From assembly GCA_963804165.1 (NCBI GenBank), contig CAWDPO010000034.1, forward strand, positions 99,689-163,688: a DNA stretch of 64,000 nt, read 5' to 3'. The notes beneath the pieces were generated by a model, which saw nothing but the letters and a program-made list of their open reading frames with translations, made no database searches and was not told the origin of the DNA. Of the stretch, positions 40,654 to 50,406 are shown one piece after another. The translations under genes were made by a program, and so were the position numbers. This DNA is from an uncultured delta proteobacterium. GTDB lineage: Bacteria > Desulfobacterota > Binatia > UBA9968. Numbering within the stretch: position 1 is the first letter of the stretch; every line of letters begins with the position of its first letter.

Positions 40654-42084
40654 CTATGTGGATGTCAAGTCAATAACTCGCAAAGGCTCTTAAATTCTCC
40701 TATGACTTTTTCTCCCTACCCACCCAAGAGAGACTCGCTGCTATACGTGGCACGGCACTGGGCCGTCACACTGACTTGCGATGCGCCCTCTTTGGCACTA
40801 CGCCCCGGGATCTCTGTCTCATGGGTCGAACCTTCAGGAGGTCTTGTTCTCCTGGTACTGGCCGTCGTCGAGTCGTTCCCTGGGGCACAGTCTCCTCTTG
40901 GGTCAAAGGAGCCGATTGAACTTTTTCTCTCACTTCGTAAGGTCTTTGTTGCATCAACACCACCGCGGCCCGCACACACAGTTTATGGGCCACCGCCACA
41001 ATGGCCACTCGAGGACCGAGATGACGCGGATGTTTTTTCGCCACGGTGCGGAAGAACTCTCTCAACTCGCCGTCCTGGCGGATCGCCGACCAAGAGGCTT
41101 GAATGAGTTTGCTGCGCAGTCTTGGATCTCCGCTGTGAGTAATCGAGCCGCGAGTGGTTCTCTCTCCGGTGGAGCTCTCGGTGGGTACCAACCCCAGAAA
41201 GGCCGGCAGCTCACGAATGTTATTGATCTGGCGCCAGTCCCCAATACGGGCCATCATCTGGCTGGCCACGATCCAGCCGATCCCAGGAAGCGTTTTCAGA
41301 TACTCGATACACCGAGACAGTTCCGGGTCGTTGTGGCAAAAGCGGCGAATCTCACGGGTGACCTTAAGGACTTGCTTCTCCCCAAACTCCAGATTGTCCA
41401 GCAACTGATCGAGCTTAAAGCGCACCACCGAAGAGCAGGGAAGCTTTCTCAGCTTGGCTTTGACCAAAAACGACCACTGGCTGCCGGCCGGAGCCGGGGG
41501 AAACTCCAGCCCTTCCATCAGCAACAGCGATTTGATGCGTTGCTTCATCGCCACCACCTCGCTGACCAGAGCGTCGCGCAGTTGAGTCAAGTGACGCAGC
41601 TCTCGATACAAGGTTGTGGGCACATGAATGCTCTTGAGCTGTCCGGCGCGCAGATTCTCTGCCAATCCCACGCTGTCGAGCCGATTGGTCTTCACTCGCT
41701 GTCCTGGCGCTTTGGGGATCATCGATGGAGAGGCGATCAAGCAAGGGTACCGTTGAGCGACCAACCCGTCATACAGTCCATAGCCCGTCGGTCCCGCCTC
41801 ATAGGCAAAGGCTACTTTCTTATCGCCATAGTGCTTACGAACATGGTTTACAAGATACTCGACATTGTACGGCATGCGCATCGACTTCACAGATCCCTGA
41901 TGATCGGTAAAGGTCACCGAAATGCTTTTCTTGTCCACATCGAGTCCGCCAAACACATCGTAATCGCGAGCGATGAAAGTTTGGATTCCCATCGTAGTGC
42001 CTCCTTGGTCCAACGGTCGATAAGTTTCGGCCACTGTACTATCACGGAGCACTCGCGGTACAGCTCGACATCCCTCATACAAGT
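40654..42084 (-). mobile_element. IS110 family (IS1111-like) insertion sequence, copy 2
   Basis: Near-identical reverse complement of 15176-16605 with the same ctctgag|cagc junction. Confidence 0.9.
40766..41992 (-). CDS. IS110 family transposase
   Basis: Same as copy 1; a 1-nt indel near the 3' end extends the C-terminus. Confidence 0.95.
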   Translation of the reverse strand: MGIQTFIARDYDVFGGLDVDKKSISVTFTDHQGSVKSMRMPYNVEYLVNHVRKHYGDKKVAFAYEAGPTGYGLYDGLVAQRYPCLIASPSMIPKAPGQRVKTNRLDSVGLAENLRAGQLKSIHVPTTLYRELRHLTQLRDALVSEVVAMKQRIKSLLLMEGLEFPPAPAGSQWSFLVKAKLRKLPCSSVVRFKLDQLLDNLEFGEKQVLKVTREIRRFCHNDPELSRCIEYLKTLPGIGWIVASQMMARIGDWRQINNIRELPAFLGLVPTESSTGERTTRGSITHSGDPRLRSKLIQASWSAIRQDGELREFFRTVAKKHPRHLGPRVAIVAVAHKLCVRAAVVLMQQRPYEVREKVQSAPLTQEETVPQGTTRRRPVPGEQDLLKVRPMRQRSRGVVPKRAHRKSV

Positions 42085-42232
42085 CTCAGAGCCCGTCCTG
42101 AGTTTTATCGAAGGAATGAGCGGAAGATCGGGCCGGTCATGGTGATTCCTCGACAGGGCTCAGAACTGAAGGCCGTCGAGGAAGCCTGCCGTGAGGCTTC
42201 TCGAACGGTCGAACCATTGAACAGCTTGAACA
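42085..42232 (-). repeat. nested REP-like element, left part of the IS110 target
   Basis: Reverse complement of 15019-15175. Confidence 0.85.
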
Positions 42233-42297
42233 GGCTTCAGTATTAAAGTTGAACCGGTGTGGACCGGGGTGTATGCCAATTATTATTGGAGGAGAAT

Positions 42298-42720
42298 ATG
42301 GAAATCGCTGAAGCCCGAGAGTTTTTAAAGCACAATCATCATGGCATGCTGGTGGCGCGCAAGCGCGACGGGGCGCTGCAAATGACCCTGGTCTCGCCGG
42401 TCGTCGGCGCCGACGGCAGCGTGACGATCACGGCGCGCGACAACACCTACAAGGTCAAGAACATCCGGCGCGATCCGCGCGTCTCCCTGCTGGTCTACGG
42501 CGAGCAATTCCGCGGCTCCAACTACATTCAGATCGACGGCAAGGCCGAAGTCATCGCCCATCCGCAGGCCATGGATATCGTGCTCGACTGGCATCGCCAG
42601 ATCCGTGGCGAGCCCGCGAGCTGGGACGAGATCCGTAAAAAGACCCTCGCCGAAGGGCGCATCGCGATCCGCGTCACCATCGAAAAGGTCGGTCCTCAAA
42701 ACCGCACGCACGGAAGCTAA
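42298..42720 (+). CDS. PPOX class F420-dependent oxidoreductase-like protein
   Basis: KVKNIRRDPRVSL, IQIDGKAEV. Confidence 0.85.
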   Translation: MEIAEAREFLKHNHHGMLVARKRDGALQMTLVSPVVGADGSVTITARDNTYKVKNIRRDPRVSLLVYGEQFRGSNYIQIDGKAEVIAHPQAMDIVLDWHRQIRGEPASWDEIRKKTLAEGRIAIRVTIEKVGPQNRTHGS

Positions 42721-42786
42721 GCGCCGCGTTTCGCGCTGGCCAAAGATTTGTGTTTCTAAGGATGCCCATGGCGAAGTAGCTCCACA

Positions 42787-42872
42787 TTTTGACGTTTTGA
42801 GAATTGTCAAAACGTGCAAGTTCCCTCCTCGGAGTCTGTTCCTTGAACTTTTGAACCTTGAACTTTGAACCG
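42787..42872 (-). repeat. palindrome + GTTCAA repeats
   Basis: tttgacgttttgagaattgtcaaaacgtgcaa at 42788-42819. Confidence 0.85.
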
Positions 42873-43193
42873 GCGCTATCTCCAATTTGAATGTAGGCGT
42901 GAACGTGGTTTGACAAAACCGGGCGGGACGGGCCGATCCGTTGAGTGAGCTTCCAGACCTTACCCATGATAATTATTTTCAATATTGTCCACTATTAGAC
43001 ACTAATCTCCGCCGCGAATGGTTACTTTAACCGGTAAAGGCGAGAGCTGTAATGGCGCGCAAGAGGTAGAAGGTCCGTCAGCCTAACCAACATTGGGATG
43101 ACTTCCGCTCCAGTTCGGCAACGAACGTATTCCCGGTTCAGACCCCCTCTTCCAATATCCAAAGGCCCATGACGAGCCTGAAAAAGGAGAGTT

Positions 43194-43751
43194 ATGAATC
43201 CTCTATTTATAATCGCCGTTCCCCTGGGGTTGGTGATCCTGGGTATGATACTGAACAGCTTCGATCTCGGGTTCAATCAACCGCCGAGTTCGCCGGAGCA
43301 AGATGCGGTCAAGAAACTGACGGCGGAAAAGGAGTCTTACCGCAAGTTCTTCGATCTCCAGAGAAGCCGGTCGATAAAGCGCCAGCAACGGGCTGGTCAG
43401 TATGCCTGGTTGGTGATGGCGTCCTTCATCGGCGCCTTCATCTGGCTGTATGCGGATACGGTGAGCAAGACGAGCCTTTCGAGTCGAATTGCCGGGCTTC
43501 AGACATTGGCAACCGAAGAAGGCAAACAGATGGTTCTCTCGGTGACTCTAAGCGACGGGAACAATGTCAAGTACCTGATCAAACTGCCTCAGGCCGATAA
43601 GTTGCAGGTCGCCGTAACAGAACCCGCTGCCCCTGAAAAGGTCTCATCGTGGGAGATCGAAAGATTGGGCACGGCTCTCAGCACCGGCGACAATGCATTG
43701 CCGCTTGGCATCGCGCTGAAGATGTCCCAACTCGCCATCAATCCCAGTTAG
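43194..43751 (+). CDS. hypothetical membrane protein (paralog of 12678..13238)
   Basis: MNPLFIIAVPL, FFDLQR, GQYAWL, MVLSVTL shared. Confidence 0.75.
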   Translation: MNPLFIIAVPLGLVILGMILNSFDLGFNQPPSSPEQDAVKKLTAEKESYRKFFDLQRSRSIKRQQRAGQYAWLVMASFIGAFIWLYADTVSKTSLSSRIAGLQTLATEEGKQMVLSVTLSDGNNVKYLIKLPQADKLQVAVTEPAAPEKVSSWEIERLGTALSTGDNALPLGIALKMSQLAINPS

Positions 43752-43820
43752 ACGCGAGATTTAAAAGACCCAAATCAGACCTGAGGTGCCGGATCGGCGC
43801 CCCAGGCTGATTGGCGTCAT

Positions 43821-43885
43821 TTTGCCTTTTCGAGAATTGCCGAAACGTGGAAATTCCCCTCCGAATCAGTCTTTGAACGATTGAA
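43821..43885 (-). repeat. palindrome + GTTCAA repeats
   Basis: tttcgagaattgccgaaacgtggaaattcccctccgaatc. Confidence 0.8.
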
Positions 43886-43910
43886 TCACTGCGGGTCTCA
43901 TTCCCCGCAG

Positions 43911-44114
43911 CTAGTGTGGCGTCTCAGAAGTTCGTTTAAAAAGTCCAAACGATGGCAGCCACTGAAGTTGAACTCAAATCCCCCTTTGTCCCCTTTTTCA
44001 AAGGGGGAATTTTCTCCGTGCGATTCTCACCCCTCTTTGGCAAAGAGGGGAAGGGGAGATTTTCCGACGGAATGACGCGAGAATTATGTCGCGAACTTCT
44101 GAGACAGGACATAG
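43911..44114. mobile_element. MITE family B
   Basis: Nearly identical to 28695-28900. Confidence 0.85.
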
Positions 44115-44139
44115 CTAGCTGGGTAGAGAATAACTCCGA

Positions 44140-44285
44140 CTTCTTAATGTCTGTCATTCCCGAATGCTTCTATCGGGAATCCAGGCGAGACCGGAATTGG
44201 TCCCCCGATTAAAACATTCGGGGGGTGACGCCGTTGGGATAAATGCTCTTCACTTCTGATACCACGCAGCAAGCTGCGGGGGGAG
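44140..44285. repeat. composite REP/MITE-like element (family C)
   Basis: Reverse complement of 11011-11150. Confidence 0.75.
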
Positions 44286-44412
44286 TTCATCGATTGAACG
44301 TTTGAACTGACTTCCAGACCTTATTAAGGATAATTCTTTTCAATATTGTCCAATAGGAGACAGCAACCTCTGCCGGGCAAGATTACGTTGAGCGGACAAG
44401 GAGGACGAATCT

Positions 44413-44853
44413 ATGTTTACTGGAATTTGGAAAAACGTATTTGCAAGCGCGCTTTTCTTGACCCTGGCTGTGTCCGCTTGGGCGGCGGAGGAAAAGAAGG
44501 CGCCGCCGGCTAAAGCGGAGAAGATGGAGAAGATGGGGGAGATGGATAAGAAGCCGGAAATGGGAAAGATGACGACCGGCGGAAAAGACCACAAAGAGGT
44601 TCAAGAGGCTTTAAAGGCCAAGGGCAACGATCCCGGACCCATCGACGGCAAAATGGGTTCTAAAACCCGGGCCGCGCTCAAGGCATTTCAAGAGGCCAAC
44701 GGCTTGAAGGCGACCGGACAATTGGACAACCAGACAGCCGAGAAGCTCGGAATCGCCAAAACGGCCGCGCCCATGGGTAAGGAGATGAAGGACATGAAGA
44801 AAGAGAAGACGGAACCCATGAGCAAAGAACCGACGACCAAAGAAAAGAAGTAA
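44413..44853 (+). CDS. secreted peptidoglycan-binding domain protein
   Basis: Signal peptide; VQEALKAKG.DPGPIDGKMGSKTRAALKAFQ..NGLKATG. Confidence 0.88.
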   Translation: MFTGIWKNVFASALFLTLAVSAWAAEEKKAPPAKAEKMEKMGEMDKKPEMGKMTTGGKDHKEVQEALKAKGNDPGPIDGKMGSKTRAALKAFQEANGLKATGQLDNQTAEKLGIAKTAAPMGKEMKDMKKEKTEPMSKEPTTKEKK

Positions 44854-44875
44854 TCGCCCGTCCGTAAAAACAGCA

Positions 44876-44903
44876 GGAGGGGAGTCTTAAAGACTCCCCT
44901 TCT
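44876..44903 (+). terminator. possible terminator hairpin
   Basis: ggggagtctt-a-aagactcccc after the stop codon; weak U tract. Confidence 0.4.
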
Positions 44904-45019
44904 CACCCTTAAGACGGCATCTCCCAGCAGCAATCAAAAAGTCCTTCCGGCGTTCGACAATTCCACGCTGCTCGATAGTGAACGCGCCATCCGAGTAACA
45001 TTGAAAACATGCGCGCTTT

Positions 45020-45225
45020 CGTTCGAGAATTCCCGAAACGTGGAAGTTCTCCCTCCGCATCTCTGTCCTTGAACAATTGAACATTGAACTTTTGAACGAT
45101 CTCGGCTCTAAACGTTTTGAACGTAGCGCATCCTTCGACCAGCTGGACGAGCGGAAGATCGAGCCCGTCATGGTGAGCTTAGCCTGTCCTGAGGCAGCTC
45201 GAAGGATCGAACCATTGGAACGGGA
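45020..45225 (-). repeat. palindrome + GTTCAA repeats + simpler version of the IS110 target REP
   Basis: ttcgagaattcccgaaacgtggaa at 45022-45045; gagcggaagatcgagcccgtcatggtgagc. Confidence 0.8.
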
Positions 45226-45376
45226 CCGCTCCCCATGAAGTTCATCCCCAAGCGGCCAAGCCGAAACTTAAACCTTCTCTCTACTTGTCAATTCTGCTTT
45301 GTACTTCTTTGTGTCGGTCGTTGCTAGGCGGTAAAGTCGCTAAGTCGCGCGCGCGTTCATTTACCGAGGAGAACTC

Positions 45377-46663
45377 ATGAAAGCAACAACGGCAACGTCG
45401 CTGGGAAATATATCGCTCGCGGTCTCGATTGGGGGATTGATCGCCACCCAATTGGCATTACGTCATGGATGGGTTGCGGCTCCTGGCTGGAAGGTTCTTC
45501 TCCAAGCCTTTGAGGCGGCGACTGTCGGTGGGCTGGCGGACTGGTTCGCTGTGAGCGCGCTGTTTCGTGAGGTTCCCGTGCCGCTGATACGACGGCATAC
45601 GAATATTATCATCAAGAATCGCCAACGCATCGTCGATGGGATTGCCGACATGGTGCAGAACCGATGGCTCGCCCCCAACATCATTCGCGAGTACTTAGTG
45701 AATTTCTCGGCATCCCAATATGTTCTGGACTTACTGGGAAACGAGGATCATTTGGAAAAAGTTCTTGCTATGGTCCGAGACATCATCCAGCAATTTGCCC
45801 GCGGCATCGCCGCTCCGGAAGTCGCGGTGTTTCTTGAGCGCACGCTCAAAGACCAACTGCGGGATCTTAAGTTCGCCGAGCCCCTCGGACGCTGGTTGGG
45901 ACAGCGCATACGCAGCGGCGATCATCATCGCGCGTGGAATTCGCTTCTTCCGGTTATCGAAAAGGCGGTTCGGGGGCCTGAGGTGAAAGCGATCGTCCAA
46001 AGGACCATTGTGCGCTCGTTCGAAGCGTACAAGCACCGGGGACTTCTCAAGCGTCTTGCCGTCGACGTGGCGCGCGGGCTTAACATAGTGAATGAGGAAG
46101 CGATGGTTGCATCCTTCTTATCCAAAATGGCAGAGGTGCTCCGCGAGGCGCGATCTGATCCCGCCCATCCGCTCAGGGCTCGAATCGACGGCATCGTGCT
46201 TGAATTCGCAGATAAACTGGCGGTCGGCGACGCCGACGCGGTGTCGGTGATTGAGAAGCTGCAAGCGGCGCTCATCAACGGAACGGACGCACGCGAAATA
46301 CTCCAAAGCGCCCTGCGGCGGCTCAGTGATATCATCGAAAAGGAGTTTCAAAAGTCGTCCTCCGACTTTAATCATCTCATGCGCCGGACCTTTCACGATC
46401 GTCTCGATATTTTTCGCGCGGACACAGCGGCGCAAAAAAAAGTCGATCGCTGGGTGACAGGGGCGGCGCTCGAACTGATGGAGAAACGGCACGAGATGAT
46501 CGGTCAAATGGTTCGCGGCAGCCTTGAAAAACTGTCCGATCTCGATCTGGTGGGGCAGATTGAGGAGAAGGTCGGTCAGGATCTCCAGTACATTCGTCTC
46601 AACGGGGCCATCGTCGGCGGACTTGCCGGAGCGGTACTTGCGATCATGAAACTGTTCGCGTGA
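45377..46663 (+). CDS. DUF445 family membrane protein
   Basis: EAATVGGLADWFAVSALFR, HTNII, DLQYIRLNGAIVGG. Confidence 0.92.
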   Translation: MKATTATSLGNISLAVSIGGLIATQLALRHGWVAAPGWKVLLQAFEAATVGGLADWFAVSALFREVPVPLIRRHTNIIIKNRQRIVDGIADMVQNRWLAPNIIREYLVNFSASQYVLDLLGNEDHLEKVLAMVRDIIQQFARGIAAPEVAVFLERTLKDQLRDLKFAEPLGRWLGQRIRSGDHHRAWNSLLPVIEKAVRGPEVKAIVQRTIVRSFEAYKHRGLLKRLAVDVARGLNIVNEEAMVASFLSKMAEVLREARSDPAHPLRARIDGIVLEFADKLAVGDADAVSVIEKLQAALINGTDAREILQSALRRLSDIIEKEFQKSSSDFNHLMRRTFHDRLDIFRADTAAQKKVDRWVTGAALELMEKRHEMIGQMVRGSLEKLSDLDLVGQIEEKVGQDLQYIRLNGAIVGGLAGAVLAIMKLFA

Positions 46664-47148
46664 ATTAATTTTCTGTCCACGCGATCCTATGACATAGCGG
46701 AACCATGATTCCGAAATCCGTAAACCTTGCATCGGGCTTCGAAGGATGTCCTCTACGTCAGCCCGAAGCGATCCCAGAAGGCCGCCGAGACCGAATTTCT
46801 GAAGGACCAGGGCATCCTCCTCGGATACAAAGGAAAAGAATCGTTTTGGATGCTTCGAAGCCCCACCACCTTAATTTCCGGAAACTCACATTATGAACTC
46901 ACAGAAAAGTTATAAGTTTATGCGCAAGCATTATTTGAATCGTGAGCAATTTTGATACTCTGGTATTGTATTGGTACAAGGCTAGGTAAATTGATCTACA
47001 AAATTGTCGTCCACGGTGGAGTAAGCTGTAAAAAGCGGTGGAAATTGCAAAGGTAAAAGATTTGACTCTAGAAACTCTTTTCTTTCTGGTTCTGAACTGT
47101 CCTCACCAGTCCAGGCAATGCCGGCGGCTAGGGCAGCGGACTTGAACT

Positions 47149-47844
47149 ATGCGCCACAACTCCATGACATCGACTCGTGCGGGTCGCGCTGTTTTAGCCA
47201 TTGCCTGCGCCGTGGTTGCCAGCGCGTGGGCGGCCGATCGCGTCGTCGTCGAGGACTGGCGCTCCTATCCGCTCGGTACGCGGGGCATCCCGCGCGACTG
47301 GAAGGAGCAGACCTGGGGAAAGCCCGCCTACGATCTCGATATCGTTTCGGACAACGGGCAGCCGGTCCTGCACCTTAGGAGCAAGGGTGACAACTCTACG
47401 ATCAGTCGCGACCTCAAAGCTTTGGTCGATCTCAACGAGACGCCAATCCTCGAGTGGAGATGGAAGGTCATTACGCTTCCCACCGGCGGCAATGCCTGCC
47501 AGAAGGCGACCGACGACGAGGCCGCGCAGGTTTACGTCGCCTGGCTGCGCACGCCGGAGGCGGTGCGCTCGCGCATCATCGGCTACGTTTGGGATTCGAC
47601 GGCACCGGCTGGCACGATCTGCAAGAGCCAGAAGACCTCCACGGTGACTTATGTCGTCCTGCGCTCGGGCTCCGACGAACTCGGCAAATGGCTCACCGAG
47701 CGCCGCAATGTCGTCGAAGACTTCCGTAAGATCTATGGTGAGGCGCCGGACAAACCTACCGCCCTCTCGGTCGCGATCGATTCGGACGATACGCGCTCCA
47801 GCGCCGAGTCGTTCATCGGACCGACTGTCTTCACGCGGCCTTGA
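47149..47844 (+). CDS. DUF3047 domain protein
   Basis: TPILEWRWKV, DDEAAQVYV, IGYVWD, ERRNVVEDF, DSDDT. Confidence 0.85.
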   Translation: MRHNSMTSTRAGRAVLAIACAVVASAWAADRVVVEDWRSYPLGTRGIPRDWKEQTWGKPAYDLDIVSDNGQPVLHLRSKGDNSTISRDLKALVDLNETPILEWRWKVITLPTGGNACQKATDDEAAQVYVAWLRTPEAVRSRIIGYVWDSTAPAGTICKSQKTSTVTYVVLRSGSDELGKWLTERRNVVEDFRKIYGEAPDKPTALSVAIDSDDTRSSAESFIGPTVFTRP

Positions 47845-47971
47845 CGAGCGCAATGAGGCGTTGCCAGCTGTCGCAAGTTGCGCCACGCCACACGGGCACG
47901 CAAAATCTGTCGTCAACTGGGAATCGCTAATCCAAAGTAGACCCGTCTAGAACCCAACACTCCCGGTTTTT

Positions 47972-48082
47972 ATTTCGACGTTTCGAGAATTCCCGAAACA
48001 AGGAATTTTCTCCTCTTTGGTTTTAATTCCTCGAACGTTTGGAACGATTGGAACCGGCTTTGGTGTTTAACGGCTTGAACGG
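47972..48082 (-). repeat. palindrome + GTTCAA repeats
   Basis: ttcgacgtttcgagaattcccgaaacaaggaa at 47974-48005. Confidence 0.85.
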
Positions 48083-48108
48083 GCCACAGTGTTGATGCAG
48101 AAACCCGC

Positions 48109-48654
48109 CTACCCCGAGCCTTTTGGGGGTGGCCTGCCTTGGGGACCGATGCGCTGGGGAACGCCACCGGGACCCATGGGGACCGGGGCCTGCTTGCCAA
48201 ACCCGGCCGGACCGATAGGAGTCCACCCGTCTTGTCCCGCACTCGGAATAGGCTTTGGGTTGGTGGTGGCCGGAGGCGGCGAGGCCTTGGCTGCGCCGGA
48301 GGTTCGGGTGCCCGAGACCTTAACGCCGGTGGAACTGGTGCCGCTGAGTTGCGCGCCATCGGCGGATAAGCGGACTGTATCGACAAACCCATTCTGCCAG
48401 GTCACGGTATAGGTTTCGCTGCGCGGATCGCAGGTCCAGGTTGCCGACGCGGGCGGAGTCCCCGCAGTGCCGGGTGTCCATTTAGCTAGAGCGTTTTGTG
48501 AGAAGCTAACTTTCCCACCGATGAACCAGCCCCATTCTCCCACTATCCTCTGGCAAGAATCCGCCGCCTCCGAATGAGAGGCCAGGATCTGGCAAAACAG
48601 GATGCTTGCGACGCCTAGAGCAATTGCTACACGGTAGACGGCCCGAGAGAACAT
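48109..48654 (-). CDS. hypothetical secreted protein with Pro-rich C-terminus
   Basis: Signal peptide from MFSRAVY; RBS ggagg. Confidence 0.6.
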   Translation of the reverse strand: MFSRAVYRVAIALGVASILFCQILASHSEAADSCQRIVGEWGWFIGGKVSFSQNALAKWTPGTAGTPPASATWTCDPRSETYTVTWQNGFVDTVRLSADGAQLSGTSSTGVKVSGTRTSGAAKASPPPATTNPKPIPSAGQDGWTPIGPAGFGKQAPVPMGPGGVPQRIGPQGRPPPKGSG

Positions 48655-48903
48655 GCGACCTCCTGCAATCATCAATCTTGTAACGAACCCCGTATAATAA
48701 AAGGTCCCAGTTTTGGCGAACAGTATCCAATAAGGTAGTCTCATGTCCAGCGCAATCGTTTCATTGACAAATAGGCGGCGTGATGTGCTGCAGCGTTTCA
48801 CTCGCAGCAGGAATAATTTTGAGAAGCATTAACGTCTTTTAGCCGATGCCTGGAGTGTGTATGATAACTCGGGCCGCACGCCAAAGTTATTGGAAAGATC
48901 GCA

Positions 48904-49062
48904 ATGAAACGAAAAGCCAAACTTCAAACCAGCAAAGAATTTTCCGCCGCGGTCGGCCGGGCCCTGCGCCGCGCCGCCAAGACCGCCCGTAAGACCGCGC
49001 GCATGCACGGCACGCCGATCTACGTCTGGAAAAACGGCAAAGTGGTCGCCGAAAAACCGTGA
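48904..49062 (+). CDS. small basic protein (52 aa)
   Basis: Manual translation MKRKAKLQTSKEFSAAVGRALRRAAKTARKTARMHGTPIYVWKNGKVVAEKP; below ORF-track cutoff. Confidence 0.6.
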   Translation: MKRKAKLQTSKEFSAAVGRALRRAAKTARKTARMHGTPIYVWKNGKVVAEKP

Positions 49063-49232
49063 CCCTCTTTTCTTGAACCTTGAACTCCCCGGCATAAGGT
49101 CTCGCAGCGCTGGAACAGCTGGAGTTAATTGAAGGAACTACACGAGAGTGATCGTCTGAGCGTGCCGTAAAGGTATAAACCAATGAAAGCAAGGCGAAAT
49201 CGAAAAGATCTTGGCCGGTAGCAAGGGGTCGG

Positions 49233-49664
49233 ATGCGCATCATTGGAGTTCTTGTCGTCATAGTGATGCTTGTCGTCGCCTACTTCTGGGTGGTACTCAG
49301 ATGGAACTACTCCACCGGTGAGCGCGCCGGCTGGGTGCAGAAGCTTTCGAAGAAGGGCTGGCTGTGCAAGACCTGGGAAGGTGAGTTGGCGATGGTCTCA
49401 ATGCCGGGCGCCGCGCCGGAGAAGTTCTACTTCACTGTCTGGGACGACGCGGTCGCCGACGAGTTGAACAAGGTTATGGGCAAGCGCGTCTCCCTTCACT
49501 ATGAAGAAAAGGTCGGCTTGCCGACCTCCTGCTTCGGTGAGACGCGACACTACGTGAGCCGCGTAACCGCGGTGGAAGAGCCTCCGCTCGCTCCCGGCGT
49601 CGTCGTGCCGACGCCCGGCACCGGCACGGCGCCGGCAGGGCCGCCCGCCGCACCGCAGAAATAG
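49233..49664 (+). CDS. conserved hypothetical membrane-anchored protein
   Basis: YSTGERAG.VQKLSKKG..CKTWEGEL. Confidence 0.8.
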   Translation: MRIIGVLVVIVMLVVAYFWVVLRWNYSTGERAGWVQKLSKKGWLCKTWEGELAMVSMPGAAPEKFYFTVWDDAVADELNKVMGKRVSLHYEEKVGLPTSCFGETRHYVSRVTAVEEPPLAPGVVVPTPGTGTAPAGPPAAPQK

Positions 49665-49933
49665 CCGATGGCGGATACCCGACCACCGCAGGCTGCAAGC
49701 GGTTTCGCTCCAGCGATCCGAACAATCGTCACACCCCGACCGTAGGCGCTTCCGGACCAACGCGGCGTTTTGTCTTTGAACTGGTTCTCGATCATAAATT
49801 GAATGGCTTTCATCGACGGACGCAGAACCTTTTGCAGCGCCGTGTGTTTTGATGATGTCGCTCGCACGGAATCAGTGGTCTATGTGCGAGCCGTTCGAAG
49901 AAAGCCGCGAGGAACCAAGACGGAGAATATTTT

Positions 49934-50185
49934 ATGAAGACAGTAAACGCTCGTGACCTTCAGAAAAAAATCAAGGAATGTGTGGATTTGTCCCAACAGG
50001 ACCAGCTTGTCATCACGGGCCGTGGCAAACCAGCCGCCGTGATGGTTGGAGTAGACGGGAAAGACTGGGAGGACGTAGTGCTTCAGACCTCTTCAACGTT
50101 TTGGAAGTTTATCGAGGAGAGGAGGAAGGAGCCGACGATGTCGATCAAGGAGCTACGAATCCGACTGAAGAAGCGTAAGAAATAG
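49934..50185 (+). CDS. Phd/YefM family antitoxin (no adjacent toxin)
   Basis: MKTVNARDLQ, VITGRGKPAAVMV. Confidence 0.85.
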   Translation: MKTVNARDLQKKIKECVDLSQQDQLVITGRGKPAAVMVGVDGKDWEDVVLQTSSTFWKFIEERRKEPTMSIKELRIRLKKRKK

Positions 50186-50406
50186 ATCTCATTTTAGACA
50201 TTCTAGGGATTCTCAAACGGTGGAAGTTTCGCCGGCTCGGGTCAGCCCCGGATTTCCGAGCACGATCAGGGTAGTTCAATTCGACGACCGATTGCCGCTT
50301 CAGACAAAATCAAAAATGTTCTCTGATGCCAATTCGTTCATTGTCCCGGTCCCCTTCGTAGAACGGGGGTTTTTGTTAGCAAGAGAGTGCGAGCGGCTCA
50401 GCTGAC

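Noticed and set aside
15176-42084. IS110 pair as a composite transposon
   Set aside because: Each copy sits in its own complete target repeat with matching left and right flanks, indicating independent insertions.
46705-47110. Small ORFs and AT-rich stretch after DUF445
   Set aside because: No recognisable motifs or repeat structure; cannot be supported as genes.
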